A stretch of DNA of 64,000 nucleotides from NCBI GenBank assembly GCA_965112155.1, contig OZ218102.1. One strand, written 5' to 3'. The position numbers and the translations under genes are program-made. The notes below the pieces were generated by a model, which did not search any database, was not told the DNA's origin, and saw nothing but the letters and a program-made list of their open reading frames with translations. This document shows, piece after piece, positions 36,661-48,987 of the stretch (positions within the stretch are counted from its first letter, which is position 1; each line of letters begins with the position of its first letter). This DNA comes from Podarcis liolepis. Lineage: Eukaryota.

Positions 36661-37292
36661 AGAGACCACCAGAAGACAATGCTCAGACTCCCCATCCACT
36701 TTGAAAAACGGAACAGGTCCCATGTGCTTTTGGCACACCTCAACAACACAAAAGCAAATCCTTAGACGCAAACACTGTTGAAACCGAGTTGGCTCACAGT
36801 ACCCTAGGACAAAGTGCTCTGTTCCTTTGATGCAGGCGAGACACTCTGCTTAGATCAAAGGGCTAACATTTTTCTGCAGGGCATAGAAATTTCATATATA
36901 ATTATTTGTCATGCTGTACAACTGGAATCAGATGGGCCTTCAATAGTTTACATGGGACATTCCTTCCTTTCATGTCACATGACTTGCTTGATCATGGCAG
37001 GTTTAAGATCTTGCCCTGCTGCCAGTCTAAATATTTGCTAGGCATCTACACTCCATTCTAGATATAGGATTCAAGAGCCAGCAATTGACTCTTTCGCATA
37101 GAATTGCTTTGGCTGTTGAATTCAAAAGCCATTGGACTCAACAAAATAGTCCTCAGTATCGATCATGTTCTCTCCCCCATGCACAGGTATAAACTTCCCA
37201 CAGCCTCCTCGTCCGTAAAGAAGGAAGTCTGGCTCTGGCCTTGATGCAAAATTCACCCTAAAAAGCATCTACTTGAGAAGGAACTTGTAAGG

Positions 37293-37694
37293 CAAGGATG
37301 GAGAACCTGTGGTCTTCCAGGCGTTGTTGGACTCCAACTCCCATCATCACCAGCCAGCATGACCAGTGCTCAAGGATGTCAGGTTGTACAGTGGTGCCCC
37401 CAAGACAAATGCCTCGCAAGACGGAAAACTTGGAGGTGCTTCGCAAAACGAATTTCCTATGGGCTTGCTTCGCTTTTTCCTCCCCCCCCTTTTTCTAAGC
37501 CGCTAAGCCGCTTATCAGCTGATCCTATCAGCAGATAAGCCGCTAATAGCGCTAATCCGCTAATCCGTCAATGGGCTTGCTTCCCAAGACGAAAAAACCG
37601 CTAGACGAAGAGAATCACAGAACGGATTCTTTTCGTCTTGCGAGGCACCACTGTAATCCAACAATATCTGGAGGGCCACAGGTTCCCTATCCTA
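37293..37694. mobile_element. MER5A-like hAT MITE split by a later insertion
   Basis: Left arm caaggatggagaacctgtggtcttccag...ttgttggactccaactcccatc and right arm atccaacaatatctggagggccacaggttccctatcc. Other family members at ~15806-15905, ~18125-18250, ~52870-52925, ~59695-59775 and 60042-60157. Confidence 0.7.
37389..37653. mobile_element. Tc1/mariner (Tigger/pogo-like) MITE
   Basis: TA target duplication (37387-37388, 37654-37655). TIRs CAGTGGTGCC...CAAGAC / GTCTTGCGAGGCACCACTG. Internal 8-bp TAAKCCGC repeats. Confidence 0.88.
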
Positions 37695-40600
37695 TATTGA
37701 GGATTAGCCATTGAACATGAGCATTGCTGGTGACCTCTACCCTATCTATTCTCATTTCCCTGAACAAGTACACAATGCATATTAAATATGTAACCCAGGT
37801 CAGCTGCCAGGGCCCACTGATCACTAGAACTACCCAAGCCAGATGAATCGTGGCAATTGCTCTTATTCCTTGCTGCTAGCAGTAGCCAATCCCTCATCAG
37901 TCATGGAGTGGTACAATCTGAAGTGGTGCAGCCTTGCTCCAATCACAGACATGCCACCTCAACATTTGTGTATGAGGACTTGGGACAGGAGCACTGGGGA
38001 GAAACAGCTCCAGTGACAGAGAAACAAGGTAATGGCTGTCACCAGGGATTATACCCTTCTAATACTGAACTCAAAGCCATCTGGGCAGAAGACCCTGACA
38101 ACTAGGCAAGATTGGTGATGGTTTTCCTAAGGTACTCATTTGTGGAATGCGTTTGATATGGACCAGCAGGCTTTCCCGTATAGCCGTGGTGTGGTAATAA
38201 GCTTCTCGCAAGATAGTAAGCAACCATTTGGGATAGCTTATAAACTGCCCAACCAGAGCCAGAACGCTTGGAACTGCTATTGTGCTGTAGCACAGTGCGT
38301 GCGCACACACATTTTACAGCAAGACATGCTACTGTAGGAGAGCCCTTTCCAGTGTGAATGTGCCACATTAGTGCCCTGTGGTGACTTATGGGGTGTGAAA
38401 TGGCTGTAATGAGGACAGAATGCCAGGCAAGCTTCCGTCAGAGCATATGAAGTCTGGATAGTGTGCCTTGGGAGAAGGCTATTGAACAGTTACCCACACT
38501 CACAAGCTGCCATAAAGGAAATGTTAATTGAGGCGATAAAAGGCAGCTAGGGAGAAGGCAGATTCGAGTTGATAGCAGCTGGCTGCAATAAATGGGAAAG
38601 GGACCTGCTCTCTTCGGGTTGGGAGAGAATGCTTCTTTCCTAAGTAGTTTGCAGGATGGGAGTTGCAGATCCATTGCTTGGCAGAAACCATGCAGCTGAA
38701 GGCAGGATAATGTTGGGAATTCCTTGCAAAAATAATCAGATAGCTGATTTTTGGCACAAGGATCATATACCCCTTCTTCCACTAAACTTGAGGTATTCCC
38801 CACTGACTTTAATTCTCAGGGATTCTGGGGTCAGGCAGTGTTTATTGTTGGGCTTATCCAGGGGGAGAAGGAGCTTCCCTCTAGCTCCTATACTAAGCCC
38901 ATATAGCCTGGAAGAAAGCTCTTTAGTCCTAACAAGTTAAAACTATATATATAAAAAACAGAAGACTATTATGCCCAAGTGCACTAAGATGCACACGAAT
39001 GTAAAACAAACATTATGAGATCCTGCTGGACTCAGAATATCTAAGCTGGAAGCTCGTAAATTCAGACATCCAAAAAGAACAAGCCAGGTATCACTGGTTC
39101 ATACTTCGGCCTGTGACCAGCAGGTTCTCTTTCTCTTGCTTCTTTTTAACATGGGTGGGAGAAATGACCAACCCTACAACCCCTGGGAATAACCTTCCTC
39201 CTGTTGCATGCAGGAATAGCAGCTAAGGTTGAGGACTTCTTCTTTTTCTAGCTATTTGTGCTGCGCCTTTACTTATTTTTAAACCAAGTACTGTCTGCAC
39301 CAGTTTAGTTCTCGGATTCACACTTCACCCATCATCCCTATCTCTGCTTTGAGGAACTTGAGTGGGAATTCTTTCCTGGCTCCTAAATCCAGGATGCTTC
39401 ATCACACACAAAAATACTCAGACTAAGGAAGAAAGTCTGTGGTTGTCTGCATCTGACTGGGAACAGACACCAAAATGGCGATACACAAATATCCCTCATT
39501 AACTAACTCTGTAGGTATGTTTGCACTGCAGTCTCAAGCCAGAAGGCAAGAGGAGCCCTGAAAACAACTGTGTGGAATCTGGACCAATTACTCTTGTGAG
39601 ACAATCATCCCCTACTGGTTGACAGACTATAAGATCCACATTTGCCTAAAGTCCTCTTCAGTGACCTAAATCAGGATGTTAACATCAATAACCCAATTTC
39701 ATCATGAATTCAGCATTTCTCATCACTGCAACAGAGGAAGAGAGCTCTCTAGATGCAGTTAGTCCATGAGGCAGGTTAAGACAGGCTTGAGCATCCCTTT
39801 ATTCTTTGTCCGCCCCATGGACAAGACCAGAATAATATAATCTGGGTTGGGAAAGACTCAATTCTTGCTAGACAAAGTGTGCCATAACCTTTATAAAAAC
39901 ATTCACAAACTCCCTCAGGGCTGCAAAGAGAGAACTGGAAGCCTTCTGTATTGGAAACATTTATAGAGTCTGCTTCTGAATGATCAACAGATGCCCACAG
40001 AGATTCAATTCCTGCCAGGATGAAAAATTGGCAAATATTAAGTTCTCATGCAGTGATTGAGCCGTTTCAGATTTAAATGGGTGAAAGTTGCCATTGTTAG
40101 GTGTTCTATTAATGGACCATATAGTGCCTCTGGGCCACTTCGCCTTGCAGTCCAGGGGCTGTCAGAACACTAAAACGATTGCTGGTGCTAGGGACAGAAA
40201 TTTATTTCAGGGATGTGCAGCAAAATCTGCCTTCTGGTCATTCAGCAGCTGCAAGGCTGCTTGGAGGTAGTTTTCTGTACCGGTTGGCCAGACATGGTCT
40301 GAGGTTCTATGAAAAGTGCTGAAATGTCTTATTTTGCATGGACTTTCCTTTTTGTACTGTGCTCAGAAATAGTTCTTGTGAGGAGTACAAGATTAGAACT
40401 GCCTGTGGAGATACCTGGGGACTGGAAGTAGCAGAGTCATTACTGCCTGAGCCACTGGAGCTGATGGAATGGGAGCACTTGAGTGGTCAGTGTGCGTGTG
40501 AGAGAGAGAGATGAGGCATGTGGTAGAACATCATTATCTCATTGGCTGCCCAATATATAGGTAATATGAGGGGGAAATCACCAGCACAATCCCTAACGAG

Positions 40601-41389
40601 CATGGACAGTGTTTCTAGAATGCTCTTTGTGTATTGCAATTTTTTAAAAATTGAGAGCAAGAGTTCCTTGGCTTGCAACTATTTATATATGCCCACTGAA
40701 AACATCTCTAATTTATCCTTTTCTTAGTTTAGATTCTGCTCAGAATGGAAGGATGTTCCAGGGGTCTCCCCCTCACTGCTTTATGAACATTCACTTCACA
40801 GACATTGTTAATGGCTATGAGATTTCAATCGCCCCACTTCAATCCACCCTTTAACTAAGGGCAAGCTGTGAGCAAATGTCCATTTGGCAAATTAAGACTT
40901 TCCAGGCAAAGCACGCTGCAGCAGCAGAATTGAGCATGCTCCAGGAGCAGGAGGTAGGAGGGGGGGGATCCTGAGAGCCAGACAGAAGTGCTGAGATATG
41001 CTTGTTTTTGCTTTGGTTAAAACATTAACAAGATTGCTCTGAAAGCTTTGCAAGAGGTTGGCTGCCAAAATTAAATGTTTAGAATTTAAAAGCATCCATT
41101 TTTATTAAAGTCTGACATATTGCTGGCTCTGGCTTCAGTATTGGCACCTACAGATGAGAAGAACTGGGCACTGAAAGACCAAGACCAAAGGTGGGCAGGG
41201 TGGCCAAGATGCAAATGAGGGCATGGTTCCTGCACCTTTAATGGTTATGCAGAGCACAGAATTTCAGCAGGTACAGTTTGCATGTTATTCTCTCCTCCAC
41301 ACAACTATTTATATAGGTCTAGGTGCCCTGCCCTCATCTGAATCTTGGCCCCCCTAAATATGGGCGCAAGGAGGCTACTCTGTATGCAA

Positions 41390-41530
41390 GCATCCTAGGA
41401 GAAAAGAGGTGCCAGAACTCAGCTGAACTCAGTTCTGGCACCTCTCAGGTGGGCACCATTGCCATTATAGAAGAACAAGGGAGACATTTGTGTTGAGTTT
41501 TGGCACACCCCCCCCCGAAAAATAGTACTG
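41390..41530. mobile_element. hAT-type MITE remnant
   Basis: Internal inverted repeat agaggtgccagaact...agttctggcacctct and right end ...gaaaaatagtactg. Confidence 0.55.
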
Positions 41531-42377
41531 CTTAGATCACATATAAGTTAAAAAATAGGCACATCCACTTTCATGTTTTGTGGTACATACCCCCTCCCTC
41601 CTAAGATTAGGTCATTATATGCAGTTAAAATATTTGTCTTCTGGCTTCTGCCACTCCACTTAAGACCTGGCAACTCCAGAGTCTCAGAGGCAGCTAAATT
41701 GATGGCAAAGGTAGCTATAAATTAACCATTATAAAATTTATTCAAGTGCTCCATATAGATCTGTCGAAATTCTCCACCACAAGCCCCATCTTAGTCTCCC
41801 TCATTAGCGCTAAACATATCCTGTCTCTAAAGAGTCTGAGCCAGCATCAGGTGGAAGGAATGGAGGAAAATCCAAGCGGAATTAGCAGAGATGAAAAGCT
41901 ACAGCTGTCTCAGACAGGGGTCATGGCTCAGAATAAGGGAGACCCCACTGGAGATAGATTTGTGCTAACTAATCTAGAATCACTAATTCACAGCTCTGAG
42001 TTCTTTCTCTTTCTATGGCCTCTGCAAGCAGCGACATAATTTCCATATCTCTCAAGGGACAAACCACTGCCTGGGAGGCAGCTGTGGTTCCAGACAGGAT
42101 AAAAGGAAGGCCAGTCAACAAAATAATCAAACCCAGGTTTTGCCTTGGGCCTAATGCAATGCCTCTAATACTATACTGTGTGAAGACATGAGTTCTGCTG
42201 GAAAAAACCCAGTGTGCAGTACAGTAGCAACAGGGAATGATACCAAGTACCCCTAAATTCAGATTTTGCTCTAAGTATTGTAGCCTGCACCTGAGAATGG
42301 AAGCTCTGTTATGATCTGGACGACAAGGAATGAACCACCTGAAATGTGTCCTGCTAAACACATTGGCAGCTGTCTTC

Positions 42378-42448
42378 TTTCCTGCTTGGCAGGGGGTTGG
42401 ACTCGATGGCCCTTGTGGTCTCTTCCAACTCTATGATTCTATGATTCT
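42378..42448 (+). mobile_element. Young CR1 3' end
   Basis: tttcctgcttggcagggggttggactcgatggccc...ctctatgattctatgattct. Confidence 0.8.
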
Positions 42449-44919
42449 TGACATCCTTCCTTATCACTTGTAAATTTAAAAGTAAAACACAAGAGCATAA
42501 GACTCTTTCTGGAAGTGTTAAGCCAAGACGCCTAAAATGTCACTCTTTCGTTTTCCCCACATAGCTAATTAAGAAGTTTCAGTGGCATCAGGCTCCCACC
42601 AGAAAATAGTGGTGATGTTAATCTTTTCCCCTTCCGCACCTGGACATCAGAAAGAAGTTACACCTTTAGAATGCATTTCTCAGAGATTTAGGACAGTCTC
42701 TTCCTGGCTGGCATGATTTAGAAACTTTTAGCACCCAATGCTTTCTGGAAGACAATATTTTTAGCCTTTTATTGCAAATATTAAACTCAGATTTGGTTGT
42801 AAAAGCTGCTACTAGCCTGCTCAGAGTTAGGGGCTTCTTATCTTCAAGGGTCAGACTTCATCTCCCAGGATCTTCACTAAGGTTGTAATCTGTGACTCTC
42901 AGATCCACCCACCCACTCTGCAGGTGTCAGAAACTGTGTCCTCTTCTTCACAGAACAGGCCATATGCCCCTTCGTTACACTACCTCATTTTATTTTTCCT
43001 TGTTTTTGTTCCTTTTGCTGTACTAGAATCGCTCCAGGATGACACTACCAAACTCTCCTCTGCATCCCTTACCAAAATACTCTGAGCCAGTGTTCTTAAG
43101 CTGGCAACAGATCTTTCCCTTCTCCATGCTTGTCCTACTGCTCTAAAAATCCCTCCCCACCCCGTGCAATTTTTGTACAGATTTGTACAAAACAGATTTG
43201 TATAGCACATCCTCAGCAGCAATTTTCTCCACCATGTTTCTTTCCTTTATGCTCACAAACCACTTCAAGCATTTCCACTATTAAAAAAAGACTTACTTCC
43301 CTGTTTTCTGTTAAGAAAGCCAAATAGCTCATACCGTTAGTTGCTTCAAGCTCTCCAGAACTGAAATCCTTTTCCTTTGCCAGTCATCCCAAACGTTTTC
43401 CTCATTTGTTAATATTGCCAAATTGTGTTCATCTTCTTTTTTCAACGTGTGCTGCACAAGCCCCCTCCTGCAGTTTTTGTGGTAAGGCTGGTGCTTTAGA
43501 ATTATTTCCTTTTATTGCTGTGGCCGGGCAGCTCCCCCCCTCCTCAATTTCTTGTTAGCATTCTTCCTTTGCTGTATATTTCTGCGAATTGAAAGCTTGC
43601 ACCATTAGTTTTAACCCTTTTATTACCTTTAAACTCATTTAAACTTAGCCTGTTGTTAGTGTGTTGTGAACATCGGCATCAATTGATTCTGCTTAATAGC
43701 TTTCAACAAATATGTTACAGTAATTCCTTCCAATAAAAAAATTACTTTAGATTTCGTTGTCCATGACTACCCATGGAGTGCCAAATTCCAAAGTGTGTTC
43801 AGGCTCAAGCACAAAAGATCCTAAAAATAGGTGCCAAGGTTGCATGTGCAAGCTTGCATTGCGTGCACACTGCACACTTCATAACAGAGACCCTTGACTC
43901 AAGCCACCTTGAATTGCTTGACATGTGCTTATAGTGAGGGTAGCATCTTCCCCCAGCCAACCTTTTGTCACAAGCATCAAGGGATATGCATGCAAACAGG
44001 AAGTGCACTACTGCTCAAAGAATTCCAGTAGAAAAATGACATTGTGTTGTATCCAAAGCTGAGTGAGGGACATTCCACTTGCACAATGAGACTTCTTCTG
44101 CCTCTGCTCTCCCCACCCTCCCCATATCTGCTTCAGGGAGCAGCAGGGAGGAGTTCCACCGTGCAAGCCAAGTCTGTTGTGCAAGAGAAATGACAGTGTT
44201 GGATACAGACTACAATCCAAGATGCTTCCAACTGAGTCAGATAAACCCAAAGGCATCAATTCATAATAATACCAATCACTATAAACTAGGAAGTACATCC
44301 TAAAACAAAGGGTACTCCTATAACAAAGTGAGAACTAACTACAGAATGCAGATTGGAAAGGGGGAAGCTCAGAAACACACACCTTGCTGAAAAGAACTCT
44401 GATGACCTCTGTGAAGACCCCACTCCCAGCCCAAAGTATAGGAACACAGAGCTTCTCTTCCCGGTTAATTCTGAGGAGGATGACCCTGCCTACCAAGCAA
44501 GAGAAGGCACATGAACAAATGAAAAGATTCCATGTGGTCACATGGGAGAGAAGTAAAAGGCTCCTGAGCAGGGGTTGCCACCCACCCACTCAATCACAAC
44601 CTCTTCTATTGGCTGCAAAGTAATACATCTCTCAAACCCAATTTCGGCTGGGGAGGGGACCCGGTGAGTGCCGCAGAAGTCAAATGTGCTCTGTGTTGGT
44701 AACCCCTGCAACTGGTTTGACAAAGAAAATGCTTGCAGGTAACAAACTGAAAAGGATTCAAAGAATTAAGCTTGCAATTTTCAGATTTTCAAACCCAACT
44801 TCTCTCCACTTTGCAGATCCCATCCTAAATACTTCACTGAAGATGGCAAGGGCTCTTTAGCAAGGACGATGTCGTTTGTGTATTTGGTACAGCGGCAAGC
44901 ACAGCATTAGCACCAAGAA

Positions 44920-46826
44920 AATGTTAAGAGTAGTAATAATTTATTACCTCTCCCCCAAAAGAGCACAAAAAGATACACTGCAGACAATAGAGTGATCAGA
45001 GGCGCCACACCCCTCCCTGGCCCCTTACTGCCAAATTCTATATACATCATCTTACAGGTGCTATTTCAGCAGCAAGGTGTTCATAGTGTTTCTTCTAGAG
45101 GGGGGAAAAAGAATTATTCCTCGAAATTCTGGCCTCAGAGTCCACTGCTAAGCATGGCTGAGACCCATCAACGTACTGGGGAAGGGAGGTTCTCATTGGA
45201 GTCCAAAAAGAGCAGAGGACTCACACAAGTTGGCAGTCTGTTCTGAATAATAACCAACATACACCAGGAAAGAGCCCAGCAAGGGTGCCTGTACACCTGC
45301 TTGCTGAATCCTGTTGGCATCCATTGGACATGGTTCTGCAACCTGGAAGATAATATGCAGGTAGGAGGCAACCCCCTGCAACAGATACTGTGCCAAATCC
45401 TCCCAACATTTTAATTAAGAATTCAGACTCTAAATTTTAGTGCTCATCTGATTGAGATTTCCAGTCTGAGTACAGTACCAAAGGTATGACCAACTCCTGG
45501 CTTCCCAACAGAGCACAGTCCTATATTTCTAGAAAAAGAATAACAAAAATCTATGGGGCAGCTGACCGCACATACATGTCCTGTAATCTGCCGTTGCAGC
45601 CCTTGGTGGACAGGAGTATAGAACAGAATGCCAGAGATGTAGAACACTGATTTGCCCCATCCCAGGCTTCTTTTCCCCTAAAATGCTATGAGATACTACC
45701 AACTAATTAATTCCCTACTTCTACCTATGCAAGGAAGCACTTTATTGGAGCACAGAGAAGGTAGACTTTGACAGAGGAAGGGAAGGTGAACTAAGCAGTT
45801 CCTGCTTCAGTCAACGTGAAATTTGGCATAGGCAGTGTATGTGTTGAATGGACTAGACACTGAAAATGTGGATAGGAGCACTTGGTCACCATATCAGCAC
45901 CTTGGGGATCCAGGAGTATCAGGCCAGGGGAAGAGATGCTGAAGAACCTAATGTAGGAGCTTAGTTAACCTACTGGAAACAGGAAAAAATGGGTTCCCTC
46001 TGATACACAACAACTATATTAGCAATAAAAGCAGAGGGCACTCTCTTTTATTGGTCCTATGGGGTGGGGGTGGGGAATCAATGGCATATATTCATATCCT
46101 TAATCCCCAGAGTCTTAGAACAGGGCAGTAGGAATAGCAGAGGTGAGCTCATAGAGGTAACCTCTTAGTTCAGAAACTCCGGAGAACAAGTGTTTTAGGC
46201 AGGACACTGCGAAACCTCTTGAAGAGAACCTCTTGCAAGCACCATTCAGTCAGGAGGCCCTAACTCAGAGTGAAGGGCAGAGACTTCAGCTGGTAATTTC
46301 CACACCAGTTTGAGATGGGGCTGGCAATACACATGGGCAACAGATGCAAAGCACCCAAGTCAAGCAGATAACTTATAGACAGAAGTTCAGTCAATCTGCC
46401 CCTTATTATAAAGGACTTAGTTCCCATGGCCTGCACTACTTTCTCTTCCTCGGCATCTGTCCATCATCAGACAGGTTGCAGAGAATCAGAAGGATGAGCT
46501 TTCCCAACAACACTGTTTTGCTCTAATTTTGCTCACTTGGGGAAAAACTCTTATCCCTGCACAATAGTTGCTGCACAGAGAAAAGCGAGAAAAAGCGGTA
46601 ACTACATATTCCTCTTCCTCACTCCCAACTCCACAGTGTAGTCAACATCACCAGTTCTCTGTGCTCAGGAATGTGGGACAAGTCCAGTTCTTCCCTTGAT
46701 GATTCCTGGGGGAAACCACACAAGCACTAGGGATAGACCACCCCACAATCAGGAGTTACAGCCAATGCTGGGGAAAGGGACTCAGTGATGCCAGGACTGG
46801 CCAGGAAGCAGGATGGTAACTCCGCT
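44920..46826 (-). other. ARMH3: Probable ARMH3 3' UTR
   Basis: Follows the stop codon and lacks recognisable transposons. Minus-strand AATAAA at 46052-46047, ~45745 and 44945-44940. The last has upstream UGUA-type motifs and a downstream U/GU-rich tract. The true end is not determined. Confidence 0.55.
44940..44945 (-). terminator. Candidate distal polyadenylation signal (AATAAA) of ARMH3
   Basis: Minus strand reads ...gtgtatcttttgtgctc...ggtAATAAAttattactactcttaacattttcttggtgc, giving a UTR of about 1.9 kb. Confidence 0.45.
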
Positions 46827-46919
46827 TCAGGAGATGGTTGAGAATTCTTTAAGCAAGGTTTCCTGGCTGAGAGTGTTGAAGGCCAGATTTCGCCGAACAT
46901 TGATGCTGATGGATCGAAC
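46827..46919 (-). CDS. ARMH3: ARMH3 terminal coding exon (93 nt including TGA)
   Basis: Translates [30 protein letters not shown], matching the ARMH3 C-terminus. Acceptor ctgttctctctcacacag|. In frame with the previous exon. Confidence 0.96.
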   Translation of the reverse strand, partial: VRSISINVRRNLAFNTLSQETLLKEFSTIS

Positions 46920-48109
46920 CTGTGTGAGAGAGAACAGTCATTTCATATACCACTTACACAGACCAGCACCTCTGGCACTGAAGGAGACCCCTGATAGGTG
47001 AGCTTTTGTTGCAACGTGATTGGCTCGGGGAAGAAAGCCTACCAACAAACTAAGACTTTCAACAACCACAAGGATGTTCAGTCAGATCAAAACAGCCTAT
47101 GAATCTCTCTCATGCTGCTTGGAATCTATCCAAGTGCAGAGATGGCTGAAAAATTTCCTTCCTCAGTCTGTCTTTGTGTCTCGGGTGGTTCAGAGCTTGT
47201 GGGCCAAGATAGGGCTCTCGGGAATTGGGTGCATTCAACCCAGAGGTAAATTGGAGGAAGGATGTGGTGGCGAGGTCAGGATTAGAGCTAGTGGAGGTCC
47301 AATAGCAGTGGCAAGACAGAGTGGGGAATTGGCTAGATGCAAGGTTGGCAGGACTGTGAACAGCTCCCAGGCATGCAGCTTCAGTACACAACTGAGCCAC
47401 AAGTGGTGCAAGCCCTGAGTCCTGGGTGGATGTTTACTGCTTTGAAGTCCAATAAGGTTTCTTCTGCATCCTGCACAAGCCAGGAGAAGAAACCTAAGAG
47501 CTTGTACACTCGTTCCTTTCTCTCTGTTTTTAAATGGAATTCACTGTAATGATATGTGGCAAGGACCAATGGTTTCAATGGTTTTAAAAGAGGACTGGGA
47601 AAAGCCATGGGTGATAGGTCTGTTAAGTCATGACAGCTGCCTTCAGGGACACTGTAAGAAACAGAATGCTGAACTAGTTGAACCTTTTGTGTTTCCATGT
47701 AGATCACCTTCTATTGTAGTCATAGATAAATGTACATAATTCTGCATAAAAATTCAGAACACAGCAATCAAAATAAACAGTGCAGATCTGGGACATTTCC
47801 ATAATTTAAAGTTGAACATGTTTGGTTCAGAGTATGTACCCCCTTACTATTAAATAGGGCAGCAGATCTTAACTGGTAAATAATGGGATTTTGTCAGCAT
47901 ACAACCAAATCAGGTCAATTGGATTCTTCCCTTCTGCTTTGATAGCAAACTCAGGGAATACACAAAACGTTTATTGTAGTTCTCAGAGATTGGCTTGTAA
48001 GAGGCTCAAGAAGTCTCTAGAGAAATAGGGATTAAACTGGTTGCATTTGTTCAATCATCAGATGAAGAATAATGACGAAAGCTTCCTTGTCTTCATTCAA
48101 CTGGGAAGA

Positions 48110-48300
48110 GAGTCCATTTGAACATTTCTGATAGAAAAACTGGAGGAAGGAAGACCGCTGGCAATTGTGTTAGCTATACTCGGTGAAACTGAATCTAAAC
48201 TACTAGCATTTAGGAGGATGGACTCTGGAAAAAGTATAATCTCAGAAAATTGGAAAAAGCAAATCTGCATTTTAATCAAGGGAAATGTAAAGTTAGTGAA
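48110..48300 (+). mobile_element. Highly degraded CR1/L3 reverse-transcriptase fragment
   Basis: Remnants resembling ...LEEG... and FNQGKCKV (typical CR1 FNxxKCKV motif). Confidence 0.4.
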
Positions 48301-48870
48301 CAGCAGGGCATACTGAGCAGCAACAATTCCTGAAAGAAGGGGGGGGAGAGAACTTAGGCAGCACACACAGCTGATGCACAAAAAGTAGCAGAGAACATTG
48401 TACAAGGGGAGGGGAATATGCCACCTGCTTGTATGAATGCACAGATCAGGACAACCATGGCTGTTTCTGAACATGGCTGTTTCAAGCTTCTGTGTTTGGC
48501 CATTTCCCTCTTGGGAAATTCAAATGAAAAACCACCCTTATTCATGTTCTGTCAATGGAACTATTGGAACATGCTCATCTGATGAGCTGCTGGCAGGTTC
48601 AATCAGCACGAGATTTCTCTGGCTCTCTCCTTTAGGAACATGCAGAAAAAGAGTGCAATAAACCCTGAGATGGAGGTAAAACCTTCTTTCCCTAATCATG
48701 TCTCGCCAGCATCCTGTTCAAAGTGACCTAATGAAAAGTACACTAGTTTGTCACCTGTGCCAGTCATATTTCTGGATAATAAAAGGGACGTTCTGGCTGT
48801 GCTGTGGCTGCTCTGCAAAGTAGACCATGGGCCAAGACTTTGAGGCTCCTACTCACGAGCTGAAACTCAC

Positions 48871-48987
48871 CAGTTCTTTAAAGAAAGCAGCTTCTTTGTG
48901 TTGCTCCGAGTAACGTTCATATTGGTCCAGCCCATCCTGCAACTTTAGGGTGAGGGTGTCGTAGTTGGAGCGCACCACTTCCAAAAC
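48871..48987 (-). CDS. ARMH3: Armadillo-like helical domain-containing protein 3 (C10orf76), penultimate coding exon (117 nt)
   Basis: Translates [39 protein letters not shown], matching the ARMH3 C-terminal region. Acceptor ...gtgcag| at 48988-48990 and donor CTG|GTGAGT at 48870, phase 0/0. Confidence 0.96.

Noticed and set aside
45893-45913. RE1 left half-site TCAGCACC
   Set aside because: Right half-site (GGACAG) absent.
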